From contig OZ241738.1 of NCBI GenBank assembly GCA_965200925.1, forward strand, positions 491,891 to 555,890: a stretch of DNA of 64,000 nucleotides, written 5' to 3'. The notes beneath the pieces were generated by a model. The model was not told the origin of the DNA and made no database searches. It saw only the letters and a list, made by a program, of their open reading frames with translations. Source of the stretch: Alphaproteobacteria bacterium. GTDB taxonomy: Bacteria; Pseudomonadota; Alphaproteobacteria; UBA828. Both the position numbers and the translations under genes were made by a program. Shown one piece after another: positions 9,701 to 17,735 of the stretch (positions within the stretch are counted from its first letter, which is position 1; the number at the start of each line of letters is the position of its first letter).

Positions 9701-10191
9701 CGGCGGTGCGCGACGGGCGGCAATTGCTGGCGGGCGCGGATCCGGCCGCCGCCATCCGCAAGGCGCTGGCGGACCTTCTCCGCGCTTCCGTCCGGGCCGG
9801 GTTCGAGGCCCTTGAGGCCGCCTTCGCCGAGGCCATGCGGACTCTCGACGCGAACGAAGCATGGCGAAAAGCCGCGCCCGCCGACCGCGAGGCGATCCTG
9901 AAAGAGGCGGGGCTGGCCGCACCGGCGAAGCCGGAGGTCGCGACCGACGAAGCCCTGGCCGACTGCCTCGACCGGCGCTCCCTTGCGGGCGTCCGCGCCG
10001 AGATCGACGCCGTCCCGGCACGCGCGGCCCGTGCCGTCGAGCGGGCGGCCCGGCTGCTGGAACCGAAGGTCCGCCCGGTCGCCCTGGAGCGGGCCACCTT
10101 GCGCGACGCCGCCGAGGTCGAGGCGTGGGCCGAGCGCCAGAAGAAGGCGCTGCTCGAAGCCGTCGCCGACGGCCCGGTGCTGGTGAATTGA
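6736..10191 (+). CDS. brxC: BREX P-loop ATPase BrxC/PglY (~1150 aa)
   Basis: MKIKDVLQRDP... N-terminus with Walker A GFFGSGKSHLLKMLCHLW. Large size and position between BrxB and PglX. Confidence 0.85.
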   Translation: MKIKDVLQRDPAAHPLVNKGQARIADREDAQVMRELHGELATFVCEGQYADGIQRIVRSFLDDLGRTSQRGAWVSGFFGSGKSHLLKMLCHLWRNTEFPDGATARSLVPAIPEDLAALLRELDVAARRAGGLMAAAGSLPSGSTDHVRLTILGLLLRAAGLPAQYPQARFCLWLHAEGRFDAVKSAVEAEGRRFERELNDLYVSGAIARAVLACAPSFAAGEAEARQAIRAQFPPQAADIATAEFLRTAKDALAHASDSEGRVPCTLVVLDEVQQYIGDSTERSMLVTEVAEAVEKQLDSHVMIVGAGQSALTDAPLLQKLMDRFTIRVPLSDADVETVTRKVLLQKKPSAVAALRALLERHGGEISRQLQGTRLGETAADRVALADDYPLLPVRRRFWDACFRQIDAAGTHSQLRSQLRIVHDALARLSDRPLGAVVAGDELFDALAPEMVNTGVLLREINERIIEVGEAEGALARRLCGLIFLIGRLAREAGADTGVRATADHLADLVIDDLAADNGKLRSAVETTLGKLAGNGILMRVGEEYRLQTRQGAEWDREFRNRQTRLNNDSAAIQLRRDALLHGEIDRIVRGLRMVQGAAKEPRRFAVHRGASPPPAADGSTIPVWVRDGWAASEKAAVEAARAAGAADPTIHVFVPRRSADDLRRLIVEAAAAEQALDARGNPTEPEGQEARRSMESRRARAEAGRDALVRDVAANAKVFQGGGNEVLLAALEDRLRAAGEDALARLFPRFREADGAAWPSVIKRARDGADHPLQPVGHTDAVEKHAVCRQALAEIGVGASGAALRKALAGPPFGWPRDAVDAALIALHRARHLSATLNGAALPPGGLDQNRIAKAAFRAERAALSVQDRLVLRKLFQAADLACKSGEEEARANDFLDTLAELARSAGGEPPLPVPPGTVDVEDARRLAGNERLAAIRDKADEWEGKIAEWRAAAKSIAARLPAWRLVERLAAHAEGIEEAGPQRREVAAVRDGRQLLAGADPAAAIRKALADLLRASVRAGFEALEAAFAEAMRTLDANEAWRKAAPADREAILKEAGLAAPAKPEVATDEALADCLDRRSLAGVRAEIDAVPARAARAVERAARLLEPKVRPVALERATLRDAAEVEAWAERQKKALLEAVADGPVLVN

Positions 10192-10203
10192 GGAGATACC
10201 GCA

Positions 10204-11403
10204 ATGTCCTTCATCCGCCGTATCGGCCTGCGCGGCCTGCTGTCGTTTCCGCCCGACATGGAGCCGTTCGATTTCCAGCCGCTGAACGTGCTGATCGGCC
10301 CCAACGGCTCCGGGAAGACGAACCTGATCGAGGCGCTGGAGCTTCTCCGCGCGACGCCAACGGATTTCGCCGCCGCGATCCGCGATGGCGGCGGCGCGGC
10401 GGAATGGTTGTGGAAAGGCGAGAATCCAGCGAGGGCGGCGACGGTAGACATCGAGACCGGAGACTCGACGCCATCGACCGGCCGGCCGTTGCGCTATCTT
10501 CTCCAATTCACGTCGTCGAATAGCCGGGTCGAGGTGCTCGACGAAGCGATCGAGGAAGTGAAGCCCGACATTGGACATGACGAACCGTATTTCTATTATC
10601 ACTTCCAGCAGGGACGACCGGCCATTAACGTCAAAGAGACAACGGAAGGTGGTTCTGGTGGACATGTGGAAAGGCGCCTCAAGCGAGACGACATTTTGCC
10701 GGATCAGTCTGTCCTGATGCAACGCAAGGAACCGGATCTCTACCCGGAAGTCGCTTGGATCGGGCGCATGTTCGGGCAAATCCAGACGTTCCGCGACTGG
10801 ACCTTCGGGCGTTATGCTCCATTAAGGCAGCCACAACCTGCGGATCTGCCGGAGGATCGACTGCTGCCCGATAATCGCAACTTAGCCTTGCTTCTCAATC
10901 AAGTCGAACACCGTGATCCTCGGCGGTTCAACGAACTCCTTAAGCGATTCTTCCCACGTTTTGAACGGATGTCGACCAGGATCTCCGGCGGCACGGTGCA
11001 ATTCTATCTGCATGAGTCCGGTTTCGAGTCACCGATCCCCCCGACACGGCTGTCGGATGGGACGGTGCGCTTTGTCGCTATCCTCGCGACCCTGCTGGCG
11101 CCGTCGCCGTCGCCGCTCGTATGCATTGAAGAACCGGAGCTCGGGCTGCACCCCGACGCGCTGACGCTGGTTGCCGAGCTTCTGGTAGAGGCATCCGAGC
11201 GTATGCAACTTGTGGTCACCACGCATTCGGATGCACTTGTCTCCGCGTTGACGAACCAACCGGAATCTGTCGTTGTTTGCGAGCGGCCGGGTGCGGGTAC
11301 CGTGCTGGAACGACTCGATCCCGAAAAGTTGGCGCACTGGTTGAACGAGGATTATGGGCTTGGCGACTTGTGGCGTATCGGAAAACTGGGCGCCAATCCA
11401 TGA
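10204..11403 (+). CDS. ABC-type ATPase (AAA_21/AAA_15-like; OLD/AriA/PtuA-like N-terminal ATPase), module 1
   Basis: Walker A LIGPNGSGKTNLIEALELL. Walker B/D-loop LVCIEEPELGLHPDA. H-loop VVTTHS. 399 aa. Confidence 0.75.
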   Translation: MSFIRRIGLRGLLSFPPDMEPFDFQPLNVLIGPNGSGKTNLIEALELLRATPTDFAAAIRDGGGAAEWLWKGENPARAATVDIETGDSTPSTGRPLRYLLQFTSSNSRVEVLDEAIEEVKPDIGHDEPYFYYHFQQGRPAINVKETTEGGSGGHVERRLKRDDILPDQSVLMQRKEPDLYPEVAWIGRMFGQIQTFRDWTFGRYAPLRQPQPADLPEDRLLPDNRNLALLLNQVEHRDPRRFNELLKRFFPRFERMSTRISGGTVQFYLHESGFESPIPPTRLSDGTVRFVAILATLLAPSPSPLVCIEEPELGLHPDALTLVAELLVEASERMQLVVTTHSDALVSALTNQPESVVVCERPGAGTVLERLDPEKLAHWLNEDYGLGDLWRIGKLGANP

Positions 11404-12011
11404 GTTCCGTCGAAATCTATATGGAGGGGGGAGGGGATCATCGAAATGGTAAGGAACGTCTTCGTCTCGGTATGGATGCGTTTCTTAGCGAGATGAAGGG
11501 CATGGCCAGGTCCCGGTCGACCCGCTGGAGACTCGTTCTTTGTGGTGGGCGGAACCAGGCATATCGGGCGTTTGTGGAAGCGTGTCGGAGCGACCGGGAC
11601 AGCATCTTCGTGCTGCTGGTCGATTCGGAAGGTCCCGTAAATTCCTCGCCGCGCGCCCATCTGGCCGCGGACGGGTGGGACCTGGACGGAGTGGACGAAG
11701 ACCGGGTTCATCTGATGGTCCAGACGATGGAAACCTGGATCGTCGCCGACCCCGAGGCCCTTGCCGCCTATTACAGGCAGAGCTTTCGAGCGAACGCTCT
11801 CCCGGCGGCGGACGACCTGGAAACGGTCGCCAAGAACGAGGTCGCCAGTGCCCTGGACCGGGCGACCGAGCAGACGCAGAAAGGCCGCTACCACAAGATC
11901 CACCACGCCGCCGACCTCCTCGCGTGCATCGACCCGGCGAAGGCGCGGGCGCGCTGCCGCCATTGCGAGCGCCTGTTCGCCACCCTCGACGCGGCCGTCG
12001 CGGCGGGGTGA
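11400..12011 (+). CDS. Small TOPRIM-like partner protein (DUF4276-like; alternatively DUF4435/AriB-like), module 1
   Basis: ATG 11400 overlaps the ATPase stop (ATGA). ~203 aa. N-terminal EIYMEGGGD (conserved Glu) and LLVDSEG (acidic motif) are consistent with TOPRIM/OLD-nuclease-like small partners of AAA_21 ATPases. Confidence 0.55.
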   Translation: MSSVEIYMEGGGDHRNGKERLRLGMDAFLSEMKGMARSRSTRWRLVLCGGRNQAYRAFVEACRSDRDSIFVLLVDSEGPVNSSPRAHLAADGWDLDGVDEDRVHLMVQTMETWIVADPEALAAYYRQSFRANALPAADDLETVAKNEVASALDRATEQTQKGRYHKIHHAADLLACIDPAKARARCRHCERLFATLDAAVAAG

Positions 12012-12100
12012 GGCGATGAGCGCGCTTTCGCGGGAATCGCGCCGGGCGCTGGAGAGGGCCGTCCGCAAGGCCCGCGCCGCCGCCGAAGCGGGCGCGGGCA
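11984..12100. repeat. ~117-bp direct duplication, copy A, spanning the DUF4276-1 3' end and the first 28 codons of pglX (near-identical copy B at 14003-14119)
   Basis: gcggccgtcgcggcggggtgaggcgatgagcgcgctttcgcgggaatcgcgccgggcgctggagagggccgtccgcaaggcccgcgccgccgccga is identical in both copies, then 2 mismatches and divergence after gggcaag. Confidence 0.85.
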
Positions 12101-12132
12101 AGATGAAGTTGGGGGGAGGGGAGGAGAGATGA
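12016..12132 (+). pseudogene. pglX 5' stub (MSALSRESRRALERAVRKARAAAEAGAGK + 9 unrelated codons); insertion scar
   Basis: Translation is identical to the first 28 residues of full-length PglX at 14025. Terminates after KLGGGEER; its stop overlaps the ATPase-2 start (ATGA). Confidence 0.7.
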
Positions 12133-13355
12133 ACATGACCGACGAACAGCTTGCTGGCGTTCCGCGGATCGAGCGTTTGAAGGTGCGGAATTTTCGGGTG
12201 TTGAAAGACGTCGATATAAGGGATTTGACGCCTTTGACGGTGCTGCTTGGACCGAACGGGAGCGGCAAAACCACCTTGTTCGACGTGTTCGCGTTCCTCT
12301 CCGAATCCTTCGAGGACGGCCTGAGGCGCGCCTGGGATCGACGCGGGCGGGCCAGAGAGCTCAAGACCCGTGGCGCCAAAGGCCCGGTCATCGTCGAACT
12401 CAAATACCGCGAGCGACCGGGCACACCGCTTATCACCTATCACCTGGAGGTGGACGAGCATGATGGCGCGCCCAGTGTCGTCCGTGAATGGCTATGGTGG
12501 AAACGGCACAGCTATGGACGCCCGTTTCGTTTTCTCGAATACCGAAATGGCGGAGGCACAGCGATCAGCGGCGAACAACCCGATGTCGAGGAGGATAGAA
12601 TCCCAATTCCTCTCAAGTCTCCCGACCTGCTGGCGGTCAACACGCTTGGGCAGCTCCGGGAGCATCCGCGCGTGGCCGCGCTGCGCGACTTCATTATGAA
12701 CTGGCACGTATCCTACCTTTCCGTGGATGACGCGCGCGGGCATCCGGAAGCGGGCCCCGAGAAGTGGTTGACCAGGACCGGCGATAATCTCGCCAACGTG
12801 ATTCAGTATCTGAAGGAGAATCATCCGAAGCGGTTGAAGAGGATATTCAAATTATTGGGGCGGCGGGTGCCGCATGTCGAGAAGGTTCGCGCTGAAACCA
12901 TGCCGGACGGGCGACTGCTTCTGCAAATCAAGGACGCGCCGTTCGATCATCCGGTTCAGGCGCGCTTCGCTTCCCATGGAACGCTCAAGATGCTGGCCTA
13001 TCTGGTGTTGCTGCATGACCGGAATCCGTCGCCGTTCATCGGTATCGAGGAACCGGAGAATTTCCTGCATCCGAGGCTACTTCCCGAATTGGCGGAAGAA
13101 TGCCGCGCGGCCAGCGCGCGCACGCAACTGCTCGTCACGACGCACTCCCCGTTTTTTCTGAACGCGCTTCGCCCCGAGGAAGTCCGCGTTTTGTGGCGCG
13201 ACGAAACCGGCCACGCGCAGGTCGAGCAGACCTCTGGTCTCGAGGGAGTGGCGGAGTTCATGGATAACGGGGCGCTGCTCGGGCAGCTGTGGGCAGAAGG
13301 GCAGTTCGGCGTCGGCGATCCACTGGTCCGTCGCGGCGGAGGACGCCGCCGATGA
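12129..13355 (+). CDS. ABC-type ATPase (AAA_21-like), module 2, diverged paralogue of the 10204 gene
   Basis: RIERLKVRNFRVLKDVDI...LTVLLGPNGSGKTTLFDVFAFL (Walker A). FIGIEEPENFLHP (Walker B). LVTTHSPFF (H-loop). 408 aa. Confidence 0.75.
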   Translation: MNMTDEQLAGVPRIERLKVRNFRVLKDVDIRDLTPLTVLLGPNGSGKTTLFDVFAFLSESFEDGLRRAWDRRGRARELKTRGAKGPVIVELKYRERPGTPLITYHLEVDEHDGAPSVVREWLWWKRHSYGRPFRFLEYRNGGGTAISGEQPDVEEDRIPIPLKSPDLLAVNTLGQLREHPRVAALRDFIMNWHVSYLSVDDARGHPEAGPEKWLTRTGDNLANVIQYLKENHPKRLKRIFKLLGRRVPHVEKVRAETMPDGRLLLQIKDAPFDHPVQARFASHGTLKMLAYLVLLHDRNPSPFIGIEEPENFLHPRLLPELAEECRAASARTQLLVTTHSPFFLNALRPEEVRVLWRDETGHAQVEQTSGLEGVAEFMDNGALLGQLWAEGQFGVGDPLVRRGGGRRR

Positions 13356-13969
13356 CGTCGGCGCGCCATTTTATATTTCTTGTCGAGGAACCATCCATGG
13401 AGGCGTTTCTCCAGGCGCTCGTTCCACGTATTCTTCCCGATTGCGAGTGCGACATTCGACTGTTTCAGGGGAAACGGGATACGATGAAAAATCTACCGAA
13501 CCGTCTTCGCGCTTATAGCCGCTGGCTGCCCGAAAATTGGCGTATCGTCGTGATGGTCGATCGCGACAACGACGATTGCCGGCTGCTCAAGGCGCAGCTG
13601 GAAAAGGCAGCTGCCGAGTCGCGGCTACGCACGCGCGCGCAATCCGGCGGCGCTTGTTGGCAGGTCGTCAACCGCATCGTGATCGAAGAACTGGAGGCTT
13701 GGTATTTCGGAGACTGGGACGCCGTTCGGCGCGCCTACCCAAAGGTTCCCGATACGATTCCGGGGAAAGCTAAATACCGGAACCCGGACGAGATACACGG
13801 CGGAACGTGGGAAGCATTCGAGCGTGTCCTTCAGAAGCACGGGTATTTCAAGGGTGGGCTACGCAAGATCGAGGCCGCGTGCGCCATCGCCCCGCACGTC
13901 GATCCAGGGCGCAACCGGTCGCCGAGTTTCGCGGCGTTTCGCGATGCACTCGTCGAGGCGGCTGCCTGA
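13352..13969 (+). CDS. Small TOPRIM-like partner protein (DUF4276-like), module 2
   Basis: ATG 13352 overlaps the ATPase-2 stop. ~205 aa. FIFLVEEPSMEAF (conserved Glu) and VMVDRDNDD (DxD) are typical of TOPRIM. Confidence 0.55.
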   Translation: MTSARHFIFLVEEPSMEAFLQALVPRILPDCECDIRLFQGKRDTMKNLPNRLRAYSRWLPENWRIVVMVDRDNDDCRLLKAQLEKAAAESRLRTRAQSGGACWQVVNRIVIEELEAWYFGDWDAVRRAYPKVPDTIPGKAKYRNPDEIHGGTWEAFERVLQKHGYFKGGLRKIEAACAIAPHVDPGRNRSPSFAAFRDALVEAAA

Positions 13970-14002
13970 CGATGGCGATTGGGAAGAAATGCTGGCGGCG
14001 CG

Positions 14003-14119
14003 GCCGTCGCGGCGGGGTGAGGCGATGAGCGCGCTTTCGCGGGAATCGCGCCGGGCGCTGGAGAGGGCCGTCCGCAAGGCCCGCGCCGCCGCCGAGGCGG
14101 GTGCGGGCAAGGCGCTGGA
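14003..14119. repeat. ~117-bp direct duplication, copy B (covers the start of functional pglX)
   Basis: See copy A at 11984-12100. Confidence 0.85.
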
Positions 14120-17100
14120 AAGCCTCGCGGTCGGCCGCCGCGAACCTTGGGAGTCGATGACGCCGGACGGCCGCGCGCTGCGCAACCGGCTGCGCGCCCA
14201 CGGGCGGCATCTCGGCGACCGGCGCGACCCCCGGAGCGGCACACAGGCGAGCGGCCGGCTGATGCGGGAATGCGCCTACGAGCACTGGCACCGGATGCTG
14301 TTCGCCCGCTTCCTCGCCGAGGCCGGCCTGCTGATCGAGCCGGAAACCGGCGTCGCCGTCACCCTCGCCGAGGCGAAGGAGCTCGCCCGCGCCACCGGCG
14401 ACCGACCACTGGCCACCGGCGACCGACCACTGGCCACCGGCGACCGACCACTGGCCACCGGCGACCGACCACTGGCCACCGGCGACCGACCACTGGCCAC
14501 CGGCGACCGACCACTGGCCACCGGCGACCGACCACTGGCCACCGGCGACCGATCACTGGCCACCGGCGACCGACCACACGACTGGCTGGCGCTGGCCGGC
14601 GCCTGGGCCGGGCGGATGCTGCCGCAGATCTTCCGCGCCGGCGACCCGGTTCTCGACGTCGCCTTGCCGCCGGAAACGCGGGCCGACCTCGAAGCGCTGC
14701 TGGAGGGGCTGCCGCGCGCGACCTTCCTCGCCGACGACAGCCTCGGCTGGGTCTACCAATTCTGGCAGGCGGACAGGAAGGAGGCGGTCAACCGCTCCGG
14801 CGTCAAGATCGGCGCCGACGAGCTCCCGGCCGTCACCCAGCTCTTCACCGAGGATTACATGGTCCTGTTCCTGCTCCACAACACGCTGGGCGCGTGGTGG
14901 GCGGGCAAGGTGCTGGCGGCGCGCCCCGGCCTCGCGCAATCGGCCGGAAGCGAGGAGGAACTGCGCGAAGCCTGCAAGGTCGGCGCCGTGGAGTGGCGCT
15001 ATCTGCGCTTCGTCCGCGCGGAGGGGGAAGATGGCGCACCCGGCCCGTGGCGCCCGGCGGCGGGCGCGTATCCCGGCTGGCCGCGCGCGGCGAAGGACGT
15101 GACGCTGTGCGACCCGTGCATGGGTTCGGGGCATTTCCTGGTCTTCGCCCTGCCGATCCTCGCCGCGTTGCGCATGGCGGAGGAGGGGCTTTCGCGGGAG
15201 GCGGCGACGGACGCCGTGTTGCGCGACAACCTCTTCGGCCTGGAGATCGACCCGCGCTGCACGCAGATCGCCGCCTTCACCCTCGCCTTCGCCGCGTGGC
15301 GCATGGCGGGATACCGCTCGCTGCCGGCGCTGAACCTCGCCTGTTCCGGCCGCGCCGTCGGCGCGTCGAAGGCGGAATGGCGGCGGCTGGCGGAGAGGGC
15401 CGCCGCGGCCGCCGACCCGGCCGCCGCCCGCGACCCGCTCGGCGCGGAGGAGACCTTGCGCGCGGCCGGCGTCGAAGAGCGCGTGAAGAACGGGCTCGAG
15501 GCGCTGCACGAATTGTTCGCCCAGGCGCCGGCGCTCGGCAGCCTGATCGACCCGCGCCGGGTGAGCGGCGACATCCTGACCGCGGATTTCGAGGCGCTGG
15601 AGTCGTTGCTGGGCGTGGTTCTCAAGGCGGCGGAGAACGACAGTGAGACCGCGGAGATGGCCGTCGCCGCGCAGGGCATGGCGAAGGCGGCGGAACTCCT
15701 GGGGCGGCGCTTCACGCTGGTGGTGACGAACGTGCCCTTCCTCGGGCGCGGCAAGCAGGACAGGGTGTTGCAGGACCATCTGGCGGTGCATTTCGACGAC
15801 GCGAAGCGCGATCTCGCCACCGCCATGCTTCGCCGCCTGCTGGGCTTCGCGGATACGGGCGGGGTGGTCGCCGCCGTTACGTCGCAGAATTGGCTGTTCC
15901 TGAAGTCCTACGCGAAGCTGCGCAAGCGCGTGTTGCGGGAAACGACATTGAACGTCGTCGCCGCGCTCGGGCCACGCGCGTTCGAGACCATCAGCGGCGA
16001 GGTCGTGAATACCGCCCTGGTAACACTCACCGCCACCTCGCCGCCAAGCGATGCGGCCTTTGCTAGCCTGGACACCAACGACGGTGCGGATGCGGCCGCG
16101 AAAGCGCGGGCGCTGTCGCAGGGGGAGCTATCGCTGCCGGCGCAGGCGGCGCAGAACGCGAATCCGGTTTCTAACCCTGATCTTGTTATTGGATATGAAA
16201 GCAAAGAAGGAACTCAAACCCTTGATAGCGTAAGTTATTGCTATCAGGGCTTGGCGACCAGCGATAATTCCCAATTTGTTATCAACTTTTGGGAACTTGC
16301 AAGGATTTCTGGTGGCTGGGAACCATTCCAAATGACATCCGATGGGACATCAACCTTGAGCGGATGCTCTTGGATAATCCATTGGGAGAACGGCGAAGGT
16401 CGTTATGCACGACATGCGAAGGCTCTAAAAAAGGCAGGAAGGCTTGGAGGATGGAAATCAGGCCATGAGGCTTGGGGGAAGGTTGGCGTCGCAGTCAACA
16501 GAATGAAAGATCTTCCATGTTCTCCATATTTCGGTACAATGTTCGATTGTAATGTTGCTGTTATTATACCTGACGATCCTGAAGATTTCTCGTGGATTTG
16601 GGCACAGGTTCGGACTTCTGAGTATTCAAAAGAGGTTCGTCGACTGAACCGGAATGTTAGTGTGGCCAATCTGACGTTGATCAGGGTGCCGATTGATGAA
16701 AAAATTCGTAGAGCCGATTCATTTCCTAACTTGAGCGCAGCGCAGTGCCCCAACCCGACGCAATGGCTGTTCGACGGACACCCCGCCCGCGCGGACGCAC
16801 CGCTGCAGGTCGCCGCCGCCCGCCTGTGCGGCTATCGCTGGCCACGCCAGACCGGCTCCAGCTTCATGGATTGCCCAACCGTCGGCCCCGACGGGCTCGA
16901 GCGCCACGCGGACGCCGACGGCATCGTCTGCCTCGCCGCCATCGCCGGCGAGGCCCCGGCGCACGAACGGCTGGCCGCGCTGCTCACCGACGCCTTCGGC
17001 CCCGATTGGTCGGCGGCCCGGTTCGCCGGCCTGCTCGCCGAGGCGGGCTTCGCCGGCAAGAGCCTCGACGACTGGCTCCGCGACGGCTTCTTCGCCCAGC

Positions 17101-17735
17101 ACTGCAAGCTGTTCCGCCACCGCCCCTTCGTCTGGCACGTCTGGGACGGCCGCCGCGACGGCTTCCACGCGCTGGTCAACTGCCACCGCCTCGCCGCGCC
17201 CGGCGGCGAAGGCCGGCGCACGCTGGAGAAGCTGATCTGGTCCTGTCTCGGCGCCTGGATCGACCGCCAGCGGGCCGAACGGGACGCGGAAACCGAAGGC
17301 GCCGACGCCCGCCTCGCCCACGCCGAACACCTGCGCGCCGAACTCGTCAAGGTCCTCGAAGGCACGCCGCCCTACGACCTCTTCGCCCGCTGGAAGCCGC
17401 TCCACGAACAACCCCTCGGCTGGGAGCCGGACGCGAACGACGGCGTGCGCGTCAACATCCGCCCCTTCATGACCGCCCGCCCCCTCGCCGCCAGGGCAAG
17501 GAACGCTTGCATCCTGCGCACGACGCCCAACATCCACTGGCGCAAGGACCGCGGCAAGGAGCCCCGGCGGGAGAAGGCCGACCACCCCTGGTTCTGGAGC
17601 CGCAACCCGGACGACCCTGCCCACGAAGTCGATTTCCCCGGTGGCGCGGATTTCGACGGCAACCGCTGGAACGATCTGCACTACACTCGCGCCGCCAAAG
17701 AAGCCGCGCGGGCGGCGGAAGGAGAAGGCCGATGA
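14025..17735 (+). CDS. pglX: BREX adenine-specific DNA methyltransferase PglX (~1236 aa)
   Basis: N6-adenine MTase motifs DPCMGSGHFLVFA and VVTNVPFLG. Size and position. ATG 14025 chosen inside ORF 13824..17735. Confidence 0.85.
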   Translation: MSALSRESRRALERAVRKARAAAEAGAGKALESLAVGRREPWESMTPDGRALRNRLRAHGRHLGDRRDPRSGTQASGRLMRECAYEHWHRMLFARFLAEAGLLIEPETGVAVTLAEAKELARATGDRPLATGDRPLATGDRPLATGDRPLATGDRPLATGDRPLATGDRPLATGDRSLATGDRPHDWLALAGAWAGRMLPQIFRAGDPVLDVALPPETRADLEALLEGLPRATFLADDSLGWVYQFWQADRKEAVNRSGVKIGADELPAVTQLFTEDYMVLFLLHNTLGAWWAGKVLAARPGLAQSAGSEEELREACKVGAVEWRYLRFVRAEGEDGAPGPWRPAAGAYPGWPRAAKDVTLCDPCMGSGHFLVFALPILAALRMAEEGLSREAATDAVLRDNLFGLEIDPRCTQIAAFTLAFAAWRMAGYRSLPALNLACSGRAVGASKAEWRRLAERAAAAADPAAARDPLGAEETLRAAGVEERVKNGLEALHELFAQAPALGSLIDPRRVSGDILTADFEALESLLGVVLKAAENDSETAEMAVAAQGMAKAAELLGRRFTLVVTNVPFLGRGKQDRVLQDHLAVHFDDAKRDLATAMLRRLLGFADTGGVVAAVTSQNWLFLKSYAKLRKRVLRETTLNVVAALGPRAFETISGEVVNTALVTLTATSPPSDAAFASLDTNDGADAAAKARALSQGELSLPAQAAQNANPVSNPDLVIGYESKEGTQTLDSVSYCYQGLATSDNSQFVINFWELARISGGWEPFQMTSDGTSTLSGCSWIIHWENGEGRYARHAKALKKAGRLGGWKSGHEAWGKVGVAVNRMKDLPCSPYFGTMFDCNVAVIIPDDPEDFSWIWAQVRTSEYSKEVRRLNRNVSVANLTLIRVPIDEKIRRADSFPNLSAAQCPNPTQWLFDGHPARADAPLQVAAARLCGYRWPRQTGSSFMDCPTVGPDGLERHADADGIVCLAAIAGEAPAHERLAALLTDAFGPDWSAARFAGLLAEAGFAGKSLDDWLRDGFFAQHCKLFRHRPFVWHVWDGRRDGFHALVNCHRLAAPGGEGRRTLEKLIWSCLGAWIDRQRAERDAETEGADARLAHAEHLRAELVKVLEGTPPYDLFARWKPLHEQPLGWEPDANDGVRVNIRPFMTARPLAARARNACILRTTPNIHWRKDRGKEPRREKADHPWFWSRNPDDPAHEVDFPGGADFDGNRWNDLHYTRAAKEAARAAEGEGR
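14391..14577 (+). repeat. In-frame 21-bp tandem repeat (gccaccggcgaccgaccactg, ~8.9 copies) encoding (ATGDRPL)n within pglX
   Basis: Eight perfect or near-perfect copies from 14391 (copy 8 carries a C>T giving P>S) plus a partial ninth. Translation ATGDRPL x7, ATGDRSL, ATGDRPHDW. Confidence 0.9.

Noticed and set aside
6691-10779. 1362-aa ORF antisense to brxC
   Set aside because: Antisense to a gene with a clear Walker A motif and BREX context. Composition is R/G/A/P-rich with no motifs: a high-GC artefact. Same reasoning applies to 21388..23943 (-), 52424..55351 (-), 59995..63240 (+), 14553..15791 (-), 16719..17681 (-) and similar.
10204-13969. Naming the inserted pairs outright as PARIS (AriA/AriB), Septu or Gabija
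   Set aside because: The partner proteins are ~205 aa with TOPRIM-like motifs but no HNH (Septu) or UvrD (Gabija). Whether they are DUF4435 (AriB) or DUF4276 cannot be decided without an HMM search. Left as an unnamed ATPase/TOPRIM-like module.
14391-14577. CRISPR array
   Set aside because: 21-bp units are strictly tandem with no spacers, and lie in-frame inside pglX encoding a heptad repeat. No cas genes.
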